Positions 53,553 through 61,711 of a DNA stretch of 64,000 nt are shown here, in pieces (the stretch's first letter is position 1; each line of letters opens with the position of its first letter). The stretch spans positions 81,753 through 145,752 of the forward strand of contig CAVXYY010000018.1 of the NCBI GenBank assembly GCA_963766195.1. The letters are read 5' to 3'. The DNA comes from an uncultured Gammaproteobacteria bacterium. GTDB lineage: Bacteria > Pseudomonadota > Gammaproteobacteria > Xanthomonadales > SZUA-36. The translations under genes and the position numbers were made by a program. Below the pieces are notes generated by a model. That model ran no database searches and had not been told where the DNA came from. It was given only the letters and a program-made list of their open reading frames with translations.

Positions 53553-55879
53553 CCAAAACCTTCCGGCAGCTTCATCCCGAGGTTCTCGAGCAAAAACGCC
53601 CAATTGTCGGAGTAATTTGCAATCAGTTTGTCGGTCGGCACCCCAGCGCCATGGCCGGCCCGCGTTTCGATCCTGATCAATACGGGGGCGTCGCCAGCCT
53701 GGGCTTCCTGCAACGCCGCCGTGTATTTAAAACTGTGTCCGGGAACCACGCGGTCATCCGTATCGGCAGTAGTCACCATGATGGCCGGATAGACGGTTCC
53801 TTCCCTGATATTGTGATAGGGAGAATATTTCAGCAGGGCTGCAAATTCTTCCGGGTTGTCGGATGAACCGTAATCGTCGGTCCAGAAACGCCCGGCCGTG
53901 AAATTATGGAAGCGCAGCATGTCCATCACGCCGACCGCGGGAATGGCCGCACCAAACAGGTCCGGCCGCTGGTTGACGACGGCACCTACCAGGAGTCCGC
54001 CGTTGCTGCCGCCAAAGATCGCCAGTTTTTCAGGACGGGTGTAGCCCTCGTTGACCAGGTATTCGGCCGCGGCGATAAAATCGTCGAATACATTTTGCTT
54101 GTTGAGCCTGGTGCCGGCCTGGTGCCATTCCTCGCCGTATTCGCCGCCACCGCGCAGGTTGGCAACGGCATAAATGCCACCCATGTCCATCCAGGTCACG
54201 CGGGTTGTCGAGTAGGAAGGCGTCATCGAGATGTTGAAACCGCCGTAACCGTAAAGCAGGGTCGGGGTGTTGCCGTCGGGCACAACGTCCTTGCGGTGCG
54301 AGATGAACATCGGCACGCGGGTTCCGTCTTTGGAGGTATAAAAAACCTGCTCCACGGTGTAGTCATCCGGGTTCATTGCAACGTCCGGCGCCCTGAAGAC
54401 CTCGACCGCACCGGTCGCGACATTCAGCCTGCTGATCGTGTTCGGGTAAATGAAGCTGGAGAATGCGAAGAACGTTTCTTCATCATCAAATTTGCCGCCA
54501 AAGCCCACGGCGGTTCCGATGCACGGCAAATCGACCGTACCCGTTTGATTTCCTTCCAGGTCCATTACCTTGACCACCGTTTTCGCGTCCTGCATGTAGC
54601 TAGCGATGATCTTTCCGCCCACCAGGTTCACATCATCCAGTACGTCGTCGGTCTGGGCGATGACTTCACGCCAGTGTTCGCGGGCGGGCTTGTTCGAGTT
54701 GATCACGATAAGGCGGTTTCGCGGAGCGCCTTCATTGGTGCGAAAATACAGGTCATCGCCGATGTTTCCGACCAGGCTGTAGTCATAGTCGAACCCTTCG
54801 ATAATCATGACCGGTTCGGCCGCAGGATCCGTGAGATCCTGGTGCACGATCGAGTAACGGCTATCCGTGCCCACGGAAATCGTTATCACCAGGTGTTTGC
54901 CGTCATCTGTGACCGTGCCGCCCATCAGCCAATCCGGTTGATCCGGCCTGGCGTATACGACCCGGTCCTGGTCCTGTGACGTACCCAGCTCATGGAAATA
55001 CAACACCATGTTCTTGTTCAGTGACTGGAATTTTTCTTCTTCTTTGGTGGCCGGAAACCGGCTGTAATAGAATCCGGAACTGTCTCCGGCCCATGAGAGA
55101 TTGGTGAATTTCAGCCAGTCCAGCTTGTCAGCCAGCTCTTCGCCGCTTTCGACATTCATCACCTTACCCACGCGCCAGTCCGAACCCCCGTCCTGCACCA
55201 GGTAAGCAACGTGCTTGCCGTCCGGGCTGGGGAAGTAAGACGCCAGCGCAACCGTGCCGTCTTCCGACCAGGTATTGGGATCGATCAACAGTTCCGGCTC
55301 GGCATCCAGGCCGGTCAGGGTGTAAATCACATCCTGATTCTGCAACCCGTTGTTATGGCTGTAAAAGTACCGGCCGTTTTCCTTGACGGGGAGGGAAAAA
55401 CGCTCGTAGTTCCAGAGTTCCTTCATCCGTGAGTGAATCGCGGGCCGTTCCTCGATGGTATCGAGATAGGCGAAAGTCACCTTGTTTTCGGCATCGACCC
55501 AACTGGCGACCGCCTCGCTTTCGCGCACGTCGTCTTCAAGCCAGCGGAAGGGATCGGCCACCTCGGTGCCATGATAGGTGTCGACGTGATCGACCTTGTC
55601 TGTTACCGGATAAATCAGCGCGACCGGTATATCTGCTACTTCTGTGACTTCAATGCTTTCAGAAACCGGTTCAGAGCACGCTGCCAGAAAAAGTGCCGCA
55701 AGCAGCGCCAGGAGCAGGCAGTTCCTTCTCGGCTTTCCCGGGCTCAGCCAGGTGGAGGTTGAAATAGGGGCACTAGCTGCTTCATGGATATCGGTGCATT
55801 GGGAGTGGGCCAAAGCCGTCAGGCTTGTCGTTCCCAGACGCGGACTCAGTGCAATCGCTTTCAGTGAAAGAGTTTTCAT
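53546..55879 (-). CDS. Prolyl oligopeptidase (S9A serine peptidase)
   Basis: N-terminal hallmarks YHGTEVADPFRWLED, a propeller region and the catalytic GGSNGGLLVGA. A lipobox (FLAAC) appears only at about residue 68 of the tracked ORF, so the true start is uncertain. Confidence 0.9.
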   Translation of the reverse strand: MKTLSLKAIALSPRLGTTSLTALAHSQCTDIHEAASAPISTSTWLSPGKPRRNCLLLALLAALFLAACSEPVSESIEVTEVADIPVALIYPVTDKVDHVDTYHGTEVADPFRWLEDDVRESEAVASWVDAENKVTFAYLDTIEERPAIHSRMKELWNYERFSLPVKENGRYFYSHNNGLQNQDVIYTLTGLDAEPELLIDPNTWSEDGTVALASYFPSPDGKHVAYLVQDGGSDWRVGKVMNVESGEELADKLDWLKFTNLSWAGDSSGFYYSRFPATKEEEKFQSLNKNMVLYFHELGTSQDQDRVVYARPDQPDWLMGGTVTDDGKHLVITISVGTDSRYSIVHQDLTDPAAEPVMIIEGFDYDYSLVGNIGDDLYFRTNEGAPRNRLIVINSNKPAREHWREVIAQTDDVLDDVNLVGGKIIASYMQDAKTVVKVMDLEGNQTGTVDLPCIGTAVGFGGKFDDEETFFAFSSFIYPNTISRLNVATGAVEVFRAPDVAMNPDDYTVEQVFYTSKDGTRVPMFISHRKDVVPDGNTPTLLYGYGGFNISMTPSYSTTRVTWMDMGGIYAVANLRGGGEYGEEWHQAGTRLNKQNVFDDFIAAAEYLVNEGYTRPEKLAIFGGSNGGLLVGAVVNQRPDLFGAAIPAVGVMDMLRFHNFTAGRFWTDDYGSSDNPEEFAALLKYSPYHNIREGTVYPAIMVTTADTDDRVVPGHSFKYTAALQEAQAGDAPVLIRIETRAGHGAGVPTDKLIANYSDNWAFLLENLGMKLPEGFGQ

Positions 55880-55950
55880 TGGGTGTTCCTGCCTTTTTCA
55901 GTAACTACACTAATCGGAAAAATATGCGCCAACAGAAAGCTTTAACCGGA
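55880..55950. other. Compositional and taxonomic breakpoint (GC-rich proteobacterial sequence to AT-rich Bacteroidota-like sequence)
   Basis: Base composition, third-codon-position preference and ribosome-binding-site usage all change here. The boundary can only be placed to within about 50-100 nt by eye. Confidence 0.6.
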
Positions 55951-56238
55951 AATTGAAGGCCGCATTGATGGCCCTCATCCGTTTGGATTTGCACCGATCC
56001 ATCATGAAACGGCGGCTTACATGATATTGCTGTGGAATCTTGGAGTCGTTGACGTAGAAAGGAGAAAGACGCCAACTGGCTCTATGCAGTAAGAGAATTT
56101 AGTCAGGAAGACAAAGTAAACTGGATCCTTTCACTGCCCGATGCCAGCGAACATTTACTTAAGGAAGGCAGTTTTATTTTTCCGGTAACGCAATGTGTAA
56201 CGATGATGGTAAAAGTAGGCGAAACAGAAAGTGGCTGA
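55924..56238 (+). pseudogene. Possible frame-shifted coding remnant
   Basis: Three consecutive short open frames read MRQQKALTGN*, then PEIEGRIDGPHPFGFAPIHHETAAYMILLWNLGVVDVERRK..., then ...KEKDANWLYAVREFSQEDKVNWILSLPDASEHLLKEGSFIFPVTQCVTMMVKVGETESG*. They look protein-like, but I cannot name a family. Confidence 0.2.
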
Positions 56239-56340
56239 GCCTCTTTTTGAAAAGAAAGAACTGGAAATAGCATTTGAAAAATGTATTCCTTTTGATTTTG
56301 TAAGAAGAAAGGCAAAGGATTTTATTTTATTAAAAGTAGA

Positions 56341-56364
56341 CTGTACAGTGTACGCTGTACAGTG
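56341..56364. repeat. Direct repeat CTGTACAGTG-tacg-CTGTACAGTG
   Basis: Two exact 10-bp copies lie 4 bp apart, each containing the palindrome TGTACA, within an AT-rich non-coding stretch. Confidence 0.5.
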
Positions 56365-56598
56365 AAAAAATAGTATTGCCCTTCGTTTACTACTTACATA
56401 TTATTGTTGTGGCATGTCGGTAGCTATGATTCCATTTGTATAGCAGTACGTTTACTGTGCTGTTATTTTTTTATCTTACTGATTCCCATTCAATTGCCTC
56501 AATGCCTGATGAAAGCCGGTGAATCATTTAAAATAAATACAACTTGAGCTTATGGGATCAACTGGAAGGTTTAGGTCAGCCATCGTTAGTTGGGATCT

Positions 56599-56631
56599 GA
56601 AAAACCCTGGCTCATATTGCATGAACCAGGG
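56599..56631 (-). terminator. Rho-independent terminator after the 56642-56929 gene
   Basis: The minus strand reads CCCTGGTTCA-tgcaata-TGAGCCAGGG (9/10 paired) followed by TTTTT. Confidence 0.6.
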
Positions 56632-56641
56632 CAGCATTTAT

Positions 56642-56929
56642 CTAGTCGACCAACTCTATCTCAATAGCCGAATGAACACGGATATTTTTATTCAACATTT
56701 TTGCCTCTTCAAAAACGGATTCAAGATATTTACCCATTTCCTTTAGTTCAACTACCCGTTGCCTGGAAAACAGATCCGGTTTTCCAAAACGTTCTTCGGA
56801 GCTCCAGTTACGCAGGTTATGAAAATTAATTTTACTGTGGATCATCTGCATAAGCATTTCTCTTATATCTCTTATTTCCACAGTGTCAAATGTACCTTCA
56901 ATAAGTTTTAATGTTTCAGTCTTTGTCAT
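56642..56929 (-). CDS. Small hypothetical protein, paralogue of 57141-57383
   Basis: 95 aa. Shares L-x-LIEG-x-F...E..DI...M....KI.FH and a C-terminal N-I-x-x-x-A-I-x motif with the 80-aa protein upstream. Confidence 0.5.
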   Translation of the reverse strand: MTKTETLKLIEGTFDTVEIRDIREMLMQMIHSKINFHNLRNWSSEERFGKPDLFSRQRVVELKEMGKYLESVFEEAKMLNKNIRVHSAIEIELVD

Positions 56930-57113
56930 AGCTATTTTGTTTTTTGTTATTATTGATTCCTGGAGTCCAGCACATACCGATTAAGGAGAGCAGGGCCAGG
57001 GAAGTAAAAAATTTATTTCCCAGTGCATCTGTTGTTGTATATGAATAAATAAATCCCATTACAAAAAGGATGGCACAGACCAATAGCAGGAAATTTTGTT
57101 TGAATCGTTGCAT
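56916..57113 (-). CDS. Small two-TM membrane protein (hypothetical)
   Basis: 65 aa with two hydrophobic segments (FLLLVCAILFVMGFIY; FFTSLALLSLIGMCW). It overlaps the downstream gene by 14 nt. Confidence 0.4.
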   Translation of the reverse strand: MQRFKQNFLLLVCAILFVMGFIYSYTTTDALGNKFFTSLALLSLIGMCWTPGINNNKKQNSYDKD

Positions 57114-57140
57114 GTTTTATTTTTTAATATTTAGGGAATA

Positions 57141-57383
57141 TCAATTCATCTGTATAGCGGCGTTGATATTTACTCCGGCCGTCTGGCTCTTCATGTGCTG
57201 CCTGAGTTGATCCAGTTCATGCTGCAGACTTTTTATCTTTTTTTCCCTCATTTTAATATCTTCCTGGTTATGGTTATTATTAATTTTCTCTTCGTGAAAC
57301 TTAATCTTTACCGCTACCATTTTTGAAATGATATCAATACTTTCAGCTGGTGTAAATTTTCCTTCAATTAATGTCAGGTTCAT
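57141..57383 (-). CDS. Small hypothetical protein, paralogue of 56642-56929
   Basis: 80 aa with an N-terminal LTLIEGKFTPAESIDIISKMVAVKIKFH and a central coiled-coil-like region. It lies 11 nt downstream of icd. Confidence 0.5.
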   Translation of the reverse strand: MNLTLIEGKFTPAESIDIISKMVAVKIKFHEEKINNNHNQEDIKMREKKIKSLQHELDQLRQHMKSQTAGVNINAAIQMN

Positions 57384-57394
57384 GGTTTATCAGT

Positions 57395-58831
57395 TTATTG
57401 GCCTTGCCCCAGTGAGAAAGCCGGTTTAGAATCAAATGCATAGAGGTTTTCTGTCTTTATGCTATCAATATCATTTTTGATTGCATTATCCAGTAACGCC
57501 ACAATGTGCTCTTTGGTAACAGGATGGCTATTCGCCTGCTTAAAGCGGCAACGCCAGTGATCGGTACAGAATGTTTCTTCAAAGCCATCGGGCCATACTT
57601 TGATACCCCGGTTAGTGATCATCGATAGTTGAATATCATTATTATCCAGTTTTTTTATCTTCTCCGCAATTTCATTGGGGTTATTACCAGTCCAGTGTAC
57701 AAACATATCAACACCTACCAATTCTTTTTTGGCAGCTTTCTTACGCTGATAGGCCGGTAACTTGATGGTACTATCTTTTTTATAGACAACTGGTTTAAGT
57801 GTTGCTGGTTGCTCATCCAGGTTGGCAATCACTGCCTGTGCAAACTCCTGAGTGCCTACGCATTTTTTACTGGTACCCTCTTTATAAATATCATTGGTAT
57901 GTATACCGTCTTCTATCGTCTTTAACCATGCGTTCTGTACTTTTTCTGCAACATCAGATTGACCGATATGGCTCAGCATCATAATAGCGCCTTGTAATAA
58001 GCCGGATGGGTTGGCTGAATTCTGTCCTGCTCTTTTAGGCGCCGATCCATGGATGGCTTCAAACATGGCGCAGGTTTCACCGATATTGGCGGAACCGGCA
58101 AGCCCTACTGATCCGGTGATCTGTGCAGCTACATCACTTAACACATCGCCATAGAGATTAGGCATTACGATAACATCAAAAGCTTCCGGTGTGTCGGCCA
58201 TTTTGGCTGCACCTATATCAATGATCCAGTGTTCGTTTTCTATTTCGGGGTATTCTACTGCAATTTCATCAAAGACCTGGTGAAACAAACCGTCTGTCTG
58301 TTTCATAATATTATCCTTGGTGAAGCATGTTACTTTTTTACGACCATGCTGGCGGGCATATTCAAACGCATAGCGGACGATCTTTTCGCATCCGGGCCGG
58401 CTGATGAGTTTAAGACATTGTACCACTTCATCTGTTTGCTGGTGTTCGATACCTGCATACAGATCTTCTTCATTCTCCCGAACAATTACAATATCCATTT
58501 CCGGATGTTTTGTTTTGACAAAAGGATGGAGGCTGATACAAGGACGGATATTGGCATACAAGCCCAGGAATTTACGGGTTGTAACATTCAGGCTTTTATA
58601 ACCACCGCCTTGTGGTGTGGTAATCGGTGCTTTTAAAAATACTTTGTTTCTGCGGATAACATCCCAGCTTTCTTTCGCTATACCGGAGGTATTACCAGCG
58701 AGGTAAACTTTCTCTCCTACTTCTATTTCTTCCACTTCAATTCTTGCTCCGGCAGCCATAATAATCTGCAGGGTGGCGTCCATTATTTCAGGACCGATAC
58801 CGTCGCCTTTGGCAACTGTGATTTTTTTCAT
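57395..58831 (-). CDS. icd: Isocitrate dehydrogenase, long form with a ~130-aa C-terminal extension
   Basis: KITVAKGDGIGPEI, SLNVTTRKFLGLYANIRP, ENEEDLYAG, MPNLYGDVLSD and HGSAP. Length 478 aa. No SD is present and codons are AT-rich. Confidence 0.85.
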   Translation of the reverse strand: MKKITVAKGDGIGPEIMDATLQIIMAAGARIEVEEIEVGEKVYLAGNTSGIAKESWDVIRRNKVFLKAPITTPQGGGYKSLNVTTRKFLGLYANIRPCISLHPFVKTKHPEMDIVIVRENEEDLYAGIEHQQTDEVVQCLKLISRPGCEKIVRYAFEYARQHGRKKVTCFTKDNIMKQTDGLFHQVFDEIAVEYPEIENEHWIIDIGAAKMADTPEAFDVIVMPNLYGDVLSDVAAQITGSVGLAGSANIGETCAMFEAIHGSAPKRAGQNSANPSGLLQGAIMMLSHIGQSDVAEKVQNAWLKTIEDGIHTNDIYKEGTSKKCVGTQEFAQAVIANLDEQPATLKPVVYKKDSTIKLPAYQRKKAAKKELVGVDMFVHWTGNNPNEIAEKIKKLDNNDIQLSMITNRGIKVWPDGFEETFCTDHWRCRFKQANSHPVTKEHIVALLDNAIKNDIDSIKTENLYAFDSKPAFSLGQGQ

Positions 58832-58890
58832 ACTGTTTGTTTTTTGTTTTACGGGGCAAAAATGAATGTTTTAATCCATAAGCTTTTATT

Positions 58891-58898
58891 TAACTTTG
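58891..58898 (+). promoter_or_regulatory. Bacteroidota-type -7 promoter motif TAnnTTTG
   Basis: TAACTTTG lies about 25 nt upstream of the LysR-gene ATG at 58923, and no Shine-Dalgarno sequence precedes the start. Confidence 0.4.
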
Positions 58899-58922
58899 CT
58901 ATGGTTATTATAAAAATTATTT

Positions 58923-59846
58923 ATGGATTATACCCTACACCAGTTACGCATCTTTCTGAAAATAGCCGAAACAGAAAGTATTACGAAGGCTGCGGAGGAA
59001 TTACATCTTACCCAGCCGGCTGTTTCCATTCAGCTAAAAAACTTACAAGATCAGTTTGATATCCCCTTAACAGAAGTAGTAAGTAAAAAACTTTACCTGA
59101 CCGATTTCGGTAAAGAGATTGCACAGTCAGCAGAGTTGGTGCTTAATGAAGTTTATGCGATAAACTATAAAACACAGCTTTACCGGCAACAGTTATCTGG
59201 CCGATTAAAACTATCTGTTGTTTCTACAGGTAAATATGTAATCCCCTATTTCCTTTCCGGATTCTTAAAACAACATCCTACAGTAGAATTGCAGATGGAT
59301 GTAACCAATAAAGCCCGGGTGGTAGAAAGTCTTGAAAAAAATGAAGTTGATTTTTCACTTGTTTCTGTACTGCCCCAAAAATTAAGGATACAAAAAATTG
59401 AATTGATGGAGAATAAAATCTTCCTCATAGCAAATGCAGACAGTAAAATACCGGATAAAAAAATTACTTTGAGAATGCTTGAATCCCTGCCACTGATCTT
59501 CCGTGAACAGGGCTCGGCTACCCGCAATGCCATGGAAAATTATTTACATAAAAATCAGTTAAGCGTTGAAAAAAAAATCGAGTTGTCTTCCAATGAAGCT
59601 GTTAAACAGGCTTTACTGGCAGGATTAGGTTATTCAATTATGCCGTTGATTGGCATAAAAAACGAACTGGGCAATAAACAATTACAAATAGTTCCTTTAA
59701 AAGGGTTGCCCATTAAAACCGCATGGAACATAATATCACTTCTTGACAAAAAAATGTCGCCGGTAGCAAATGCTTTTATGAAGTATTTAGCTAAAGAAAA
59801 AGATCAGATTATCAGCCGTCAATTTAACTGGTTGAAAAATTATTGA
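58923..59846 (+). CDS. LysR-family transcriptional regulator
   Basis: HTH LRIFLKIAETESITKAAEELHLTQPAVSIQLKNLQDQFDIPL plus a LysR substrate-binding domain. It is divergent from icd. Confidence 0.88.
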   Translation: MDYTLHQLRIFLKIAETESITKAAEELHLTQPAVSIQLKNLQDQFDIPLTEVVSKKLYLTDFGKEIAQSAELVLNEVYAINYKTQLYRQQLSGRLKLSVVSTGKYVIPYFLSGFLKQHPTVELQMDVTNKARVVESLEKNEVDFSLVSVLPQKLRIQKIELMENKIFLIANADSKIPDKKITLRMLESLPLIFREQGSATRNAMENYLHKNQLSVEKKIELSSNEAVKQALLAGLGYSIMPLIGIKNELGNKQLQIVPLKGLPIKTAWNIISLLDKKMSPVANAFMKYLAKEKDQIISRQFNWLKNY

Positions 59847-59891
59847 ATCATGATTATGTAGAAAAGTACTTTTTGTATAGGGGAAGGTTTT

Positions 59892-60626
59892 TTATAACTC
59901 ATGTTGAGATGAGAAATTTTCCCGATCGATCTCTTCATTGATCAGCCAGTATTCCAGTTCTTCTTTCTGCACCGATAACCAGGGTATCCATTGCTGTTGG
60001 TTCCGGTAATACACTTCGGTAGCATCTTTTCCTGCAAATAATTTGTAATCAAATTTAGCATCTGCTGTACTGAGATAACCGGTATAATAATAATCCAGTT
60101 GCTGCTGTAGTGCATAGCCGATCTTTAACAACACCAGGTATTTACCCAATTGCTGTTTTGCATAATCGGGATGATAATAATTCAATATTCCCGCCATCGT
60201 TTTCTCTCCCAAATCAAAAAAACCAGCGGCAATCAGTTTACCTTCTTCCCGTATAGTAATACAATGCGTATCATAAATGCTGTTCGTTGTTTCGCCCAGC
60301 AAACTATCCTGCAAGGTTTCGCTCAGTTCAAAGTCCATGGCTACTTTATATAATTGATAAAGCTCTTCCAATTCTTCCGTAATATTTCCCTCTACAAAAT
60401 CAACTGTATATTTTTTATTGGCGGTTAATAGTTGCTGTTGTTTTTTAGTAGCTTTGTATTTTGATAACGCCAGACGCAGCCAGAATACAGGCAGGAGGCG
60501 GTTATCTTTCAGAATTACATCTGTGGTAAAGATCATCTGCTGCATGCGGTACCAGCCATTGGCGAGGTAGTCGTCCAGTTTTTTACCCGCTAATTGTTCG
60601 GGATAATGTATGTCATAATATACCAT
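59892..60626 (-). CDS. Arginyl-tRNA-protein-transferase-like (ATE/Bpt C-terminal, GNAT-like) protein
   Basis: LDDYLANGWYRMQQ near the N-terminus and ...GILNYYHPDYAKQQLGKYLVLLKIGYALQQQLDYYYTGY resemble the ATE_N and ATE_C patterns. The assignment is tentative. Confidence 0.55.
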   Translation of the reverse strand: MVYYDIHYPEQLAGKKLDDYLANGWYRMQQMIFTTDVILKDNRLLPVFWLRLALSKYKATKKQQQLLTANKKYTVDFVEGNITEELEELYQLYKVAMDFELSETLQDSLLGETTNSIYDTHCITIREEGKLIAAGFFDLGEKTMAGILNYYHPDYAKQQLGKYLVLLKIGYALQQQLDYYYTGYLSTADAKFDYKLFAGKDATEVYYRNQQQWIPWLSVQKEELEYWLINEEIDRENFSSQHEL

Positions 60627-60655
60627 TGAGCGGCAAGATAAAGAAGACAGTTAGT

Positions 60656-61711
60656 TTATCCAGCTAAAAAAGTAATAGTAAATTCTGCAAAATCTCCTTC
60701 CTCGGATTCTGCTTTTAGTTCGCCCTGGTGTGCTTTAATAATATCATGGCTTAAAGACAGACCAAGCCCGGTTCCTTCCCCGGTAGGTTTGGTGGTAAAA
60801 AACGGCTGATAAATTTTATCCAGGTATTTTGGTGCAATACCTAATCCATTATCCCTGATTTTTACTTTTATAGCAGCGCCTTCTTTATATGTACTCACCG
60901 TTATTACTGGCTCATACCCTGGTTTATTTAATTTCGTCTTTTCACCTACAGAATAAAAGGCATTATTAAACAGATTCATAAGTACATGCCCCACATCCTG
61001 CGGCACTATGCTTATTTTATCAAGAAGCGGGTCTAAAGCGGTGGTAAGGGCCACATTAAATAATTTATGCTTTGTCCGGAAGCTATGATAGCTCAACTTT
61101 AAATATTCTTCGGCTAAAAAATTAATATCTGTAAGCTCTTTAATACCACTGCTGCTCCGGGCATGCTGCAGCATATTTTTTACAATGTTTTCTGCCCGTT
61201 TACCATGCCCGATTATTTTATGCAGGTTTTGAATAACATCATCTAACAACAAATTAACTTCCTCATTGTCTTTATCTGTCAATGTTTTGTTTGTCAATAT
61301 GTCTTTCATTTCAACTAACAACTCCGTATTTATTTCAGAAAAATTATTTACAAAATTTAACGGGTTTTGTATTTCATGTGCAATACCAGAAACCACTTCT
61401 CCGAGAGAAGCCATCTTTTCTTTTTGCACCAGTTGTAACTGGCTCGATTTAAGATCTGTTAACGCCAGCTGAAGACTTTCTTTTTGTTGCAGCAATTCTA
61501 CCGTTCTTTCCTTAACCCTGTCTTCGAGTAAACTATTTTGCACTTTCAGTTCCTGCTGCTGTTGCTCATGAATGGCCTGCAAATCTTTATGGTATTGTAA
61601 CTTCTTACGCTGGTTGGTGATGAACGCAATTAAAAAACTGCTGAACAAAACTACCATGGCAGAAATGCCAATAATTACCCTAGACTGTATACTGATGTCG
61701 AGCAGGTGCAT
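60656..61711 (-). CDS. Sensor histidine kinase (HisKA + HATPase_c)
   Basis: One TM segment and a coiled coil. H-box SGIAHEIQNPLNF, N-box LMNLFNNAFYS, and G-boxes RDNGLGI and GTGLGLSLS. Confidence 0.88.
   Translation of the reverse strand: MHLLDISIQSRVIIGISAMVVLFSSFLIAFITNQRKKLQYHKDLQAIHEQQQQELKVQNSLLEDRVKERTVELLQQKESLQLALTDLKSSQLQLVQKEKMASLGEVVSGIAHEIQNPLNFVNNFSEINTELLVEMKDILTNKTLTDKDNEEVNLLLDDVIQNLHKIIGHGKRAENIVKNMLQHARSSSGIKELTDINFLAEEYLKLSYHSFRTKHKLFNVALTTALDPLLDKISIVPQDVGHVLMNLFNNAFYSVGEKTKLNKPGYEPVITVSTYKEGAAIKVKIRDNGLGIAPKYLDKIYQPFFTTKPTGEGTGLGLSLSHDIIKAHQGELKAESEEGDFAEFTITFLAG

Noticed and set aside
53906-54979. 357-aa ORF on the plus strand
   Set aside because: It is antisense to the prolyl oligopeptidase gene and has no recognisable domain.
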